From contig CAWFQB010000001.1 in the NCBI GenBank assembly GCA_963817895.1, positions 224,001-288,000 of the forward strand: a stretch of DNA of 64,000 nucleotides, in the 5' to 3' direction. Below are positions 62,287 to 64,000 of this stretch, one piece after another; the stretch's first letter is position 1; each line of letters starts with the position of its first letter. A program made the position numbers and the translations under genes. Source of the DNA: an uncultured Chthonomonadaceae bacterium. GTDB lineage: Bacteria > Armatimonadota > Chthonomonadetes > Chthonomonadales > Chthonomonadaceae. The notes under the pieces were generated by a model. It saw nothing but the letters and a program-made list of their open reading frames with translations, was not told the DNA's origin and ran no database searches.

Positions 62287-62751
62287 ATGAGACAGACGGT
62301 CAACAACCGAACTCTTAGTAATTCAGGCAAAACAGCCCTGCTGACGCATGAAGGCTTTAGCAGTCATTTGTACCATGATACATCAGGCCATTGCACCATT
62401 GGGTACGGGCATCTGGTGCATTATGGCAGCTGTAACGGCAGTGAACCGGGCGAGTTCAAAACCGGCATTAATAAAGACCGCGCCGCGCAGTTGTTCAGCG
62501 CGAAAGTGAAAGAGTTCGAGCAGGCCGTGAATACACTGACAAGTGTTCCGCTTTCCCAGAACCAATTCGACGCGCTGGTAAGTTTTGCCTACAATGTCGG
62601 GGTTCCCGCGTTCCAGAATTCTACGCTGTTGCGCGAACTAAATCAGGGGCATTACGCGTCCGTCCCGGGTGAAATGGCGAAATGGGTCCATTCAGGCGGC
62701 AAGCGTACCAAAGGGCTGGTCACGCGGCACGCGGACGAAGCGGCTCTCTTT
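62287..62751 (+). CDS. GH24 (phage-type) lysozyme domain
   Basis: HEG...Y.D..G..TIGYGH (E-x8-D-x5-T), NQFDALVSFAYNVG, STLL..LN, GLV.R..E..LF. Confidence 0.9.
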
Positions 62752-64000
62752 ATACGGGTCAGTGAAAACACTCCTGTTAGCCGGGGCTGTGGGCGGCGCC
62801 GCTGCCGCATTGGGAAAGCAACTTCAGGAGCAGCATGGAACCGCGAAAGCAGGCAAAACCACGCCCGGACTGGCCGCGCAGCAGTTCGCGCAGGCAAAGA
62901 TGCAGGGTTATGGCGCAGTGGACGCGGATCAGGCGGAGGCGCTGACGCAGCGCCTGAGCGGGCATGTGCATTACCACTGGGGCGGTAAAATCCGACCGAC
63001 AACGAGCGTGGATGCCATCCTCGGAGACCCGAAAAAATATGGCTCCATTGACTGCTCGGGCTATGTGCGCTGGCTGGTCTACCAAACTTCGGGCGGCGCG
63101 CTCCAGTTGGGCGAAGGCTCGATACAGATCGGCAAAGATTTAGAGCGGCTGGCGCAAAAAGGCGTGGTGACGAAGTGCGGCTATGAGGATGCGGGCAAGC
63201 AGGACGGTGTGATGCGAATCGCCGGCTTCGATCATGGCGGCGACCATCGGCACGTATGGGGCGTGGTAAATGGCGAAACGATGGAGAGTCGCGGCGGTCA
63301 GAACCATATTGGCGTAAGCCGCCAGCCGTGGAGAGTTTATGCCCGCTCGAAAGCCTGGTGCTATGCTCTGCCTACGAGCCACTCCCACGCATTGCAAGCC
63401 GCCCATGACCCCGCGCTTCCTCACGCGGCGCATGCGAACATAGGACAGGCCGGACACGGCGCGGCACACCTGGCGCAGCTGAAAATTCAGCAGGCGCATG
63501 TCGCGGGACACATTGATACCGATGAGGCTATCGCTCTGACCGCACGGCTGCGGGGGCATGTCGGCTACGGCTGGGGCAGCAAACTGAGTCCCAATACCGA
63601 CATCGAAACAATATTAAAAAATCCACAAAAATACAAGCAGATTGACTGCTCCGGGTATGTTACCTGGCTGGTGCGGCAGACCTCGGGGGGCAGCATTCCC
63701 CTGAGCGGTGGCTCCATCCAGATCGGAAACCAGCTGCATGGATTGGCGCAAAAAGGCGTGGTGACGCAATGCAGCTATGCGGATGCGGGCAAGCGCGATG
63801 GCGTGATGCGAATTGCCGGGTTTAATCATGGCGGCAGGCATCAGCATGTATGGGCCGTTGTGAATGGCGAGACGCTGGAGAGTCACGGCGGCAAGGGCGT
63901 GGATCGGCTGCCCTGGGCGCACTACGCCCCTCGTACGCAGTGGTGTTACGCCCTGCCGTCTCACTCCCACGCCGGAGGCGACACGGACGGACCCGCCTTG
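62750..64000 (+). CDS. Two tandem NlpC/P60-like (papain-fold) domains, open to window end; probably fused to the lysozyme
   Basis: Manual translation: HYHWGGK...IDCSGYVRWLV...HRHVW....ETMES and GYGWGSK...IDCSGYVTWLV...HQHVW....ETLES; no stop codon. Confidence 0.8.

Noticed and set aside
62752..62988. C-terminal tail of ORF 62287..62988 as real protein
   Set aside because: Arg-rich, nonsense-like sequence; the +1 frame carries the recognisable domains.
1206..63970. Numerous overlapping antisense and alternate-frame ORFs in the track
   Set aside because: Shadow ORFs typical of GC-rich DNA, overlapping well-supported genes and lacking motifs.
59056..64000. Prophage or T6SS
   Set aside because: No head, packaging, integrase or TssJLM/TssBC genes in view; the single sheath, gp19-like tube and DUF6760 fit an eCIS.
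1..64000. tRNA or rRNA genes
   Set aside because: No cloverleaf/T-loop or rRNA signatures were noticed in intergenic regions.

Overview
Bacterial chromosomal window, mostly GC-rich. Gene content (PEP-CTERM proteins, DUF1501/DUF1549-DUF1553, secreted beta-propeller proteins) suggests an Armatimonadota-like diderm; this is inference. Frequent indels split even housekeeping genes (asd, dapA, rnj), so most frameshifts are probably uncorrected long-read errors. Main contents: carbohydrate oxidation genes (ThuA-ThuA-LamG-PQQ dehydrogenase fusion; GMC + gamma subunit + DUF1080), an AAA-ATPase/RloB (AbiL-like) pair, asd-dapA-rnj, a DUF1501/DUF1549-1553/WD40 module, an orphan NuiA, a giant secreted WD40 protein interrupted by an IS3-family element with a 4-bp target duplication, XisH/XisI and aspartic-protease TA-like pairs, and an M1 aminopeptidase. 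The right end holds the start of an extracellular contractile injection system (sheath, tube, chaperone with a candidate -1 slippery site, DUF6760). Immediately after it is a candidate cell-wall-lytic cargo: a GH24 lysozyme followed by two tandem NlpC/P60-like domains that the ORF track misses. Intergenic regions repeatedly carry inverted-repeat elements built from 7-9 nt tandem units. All family assignments come from motif recognition by eye; no searches were run.
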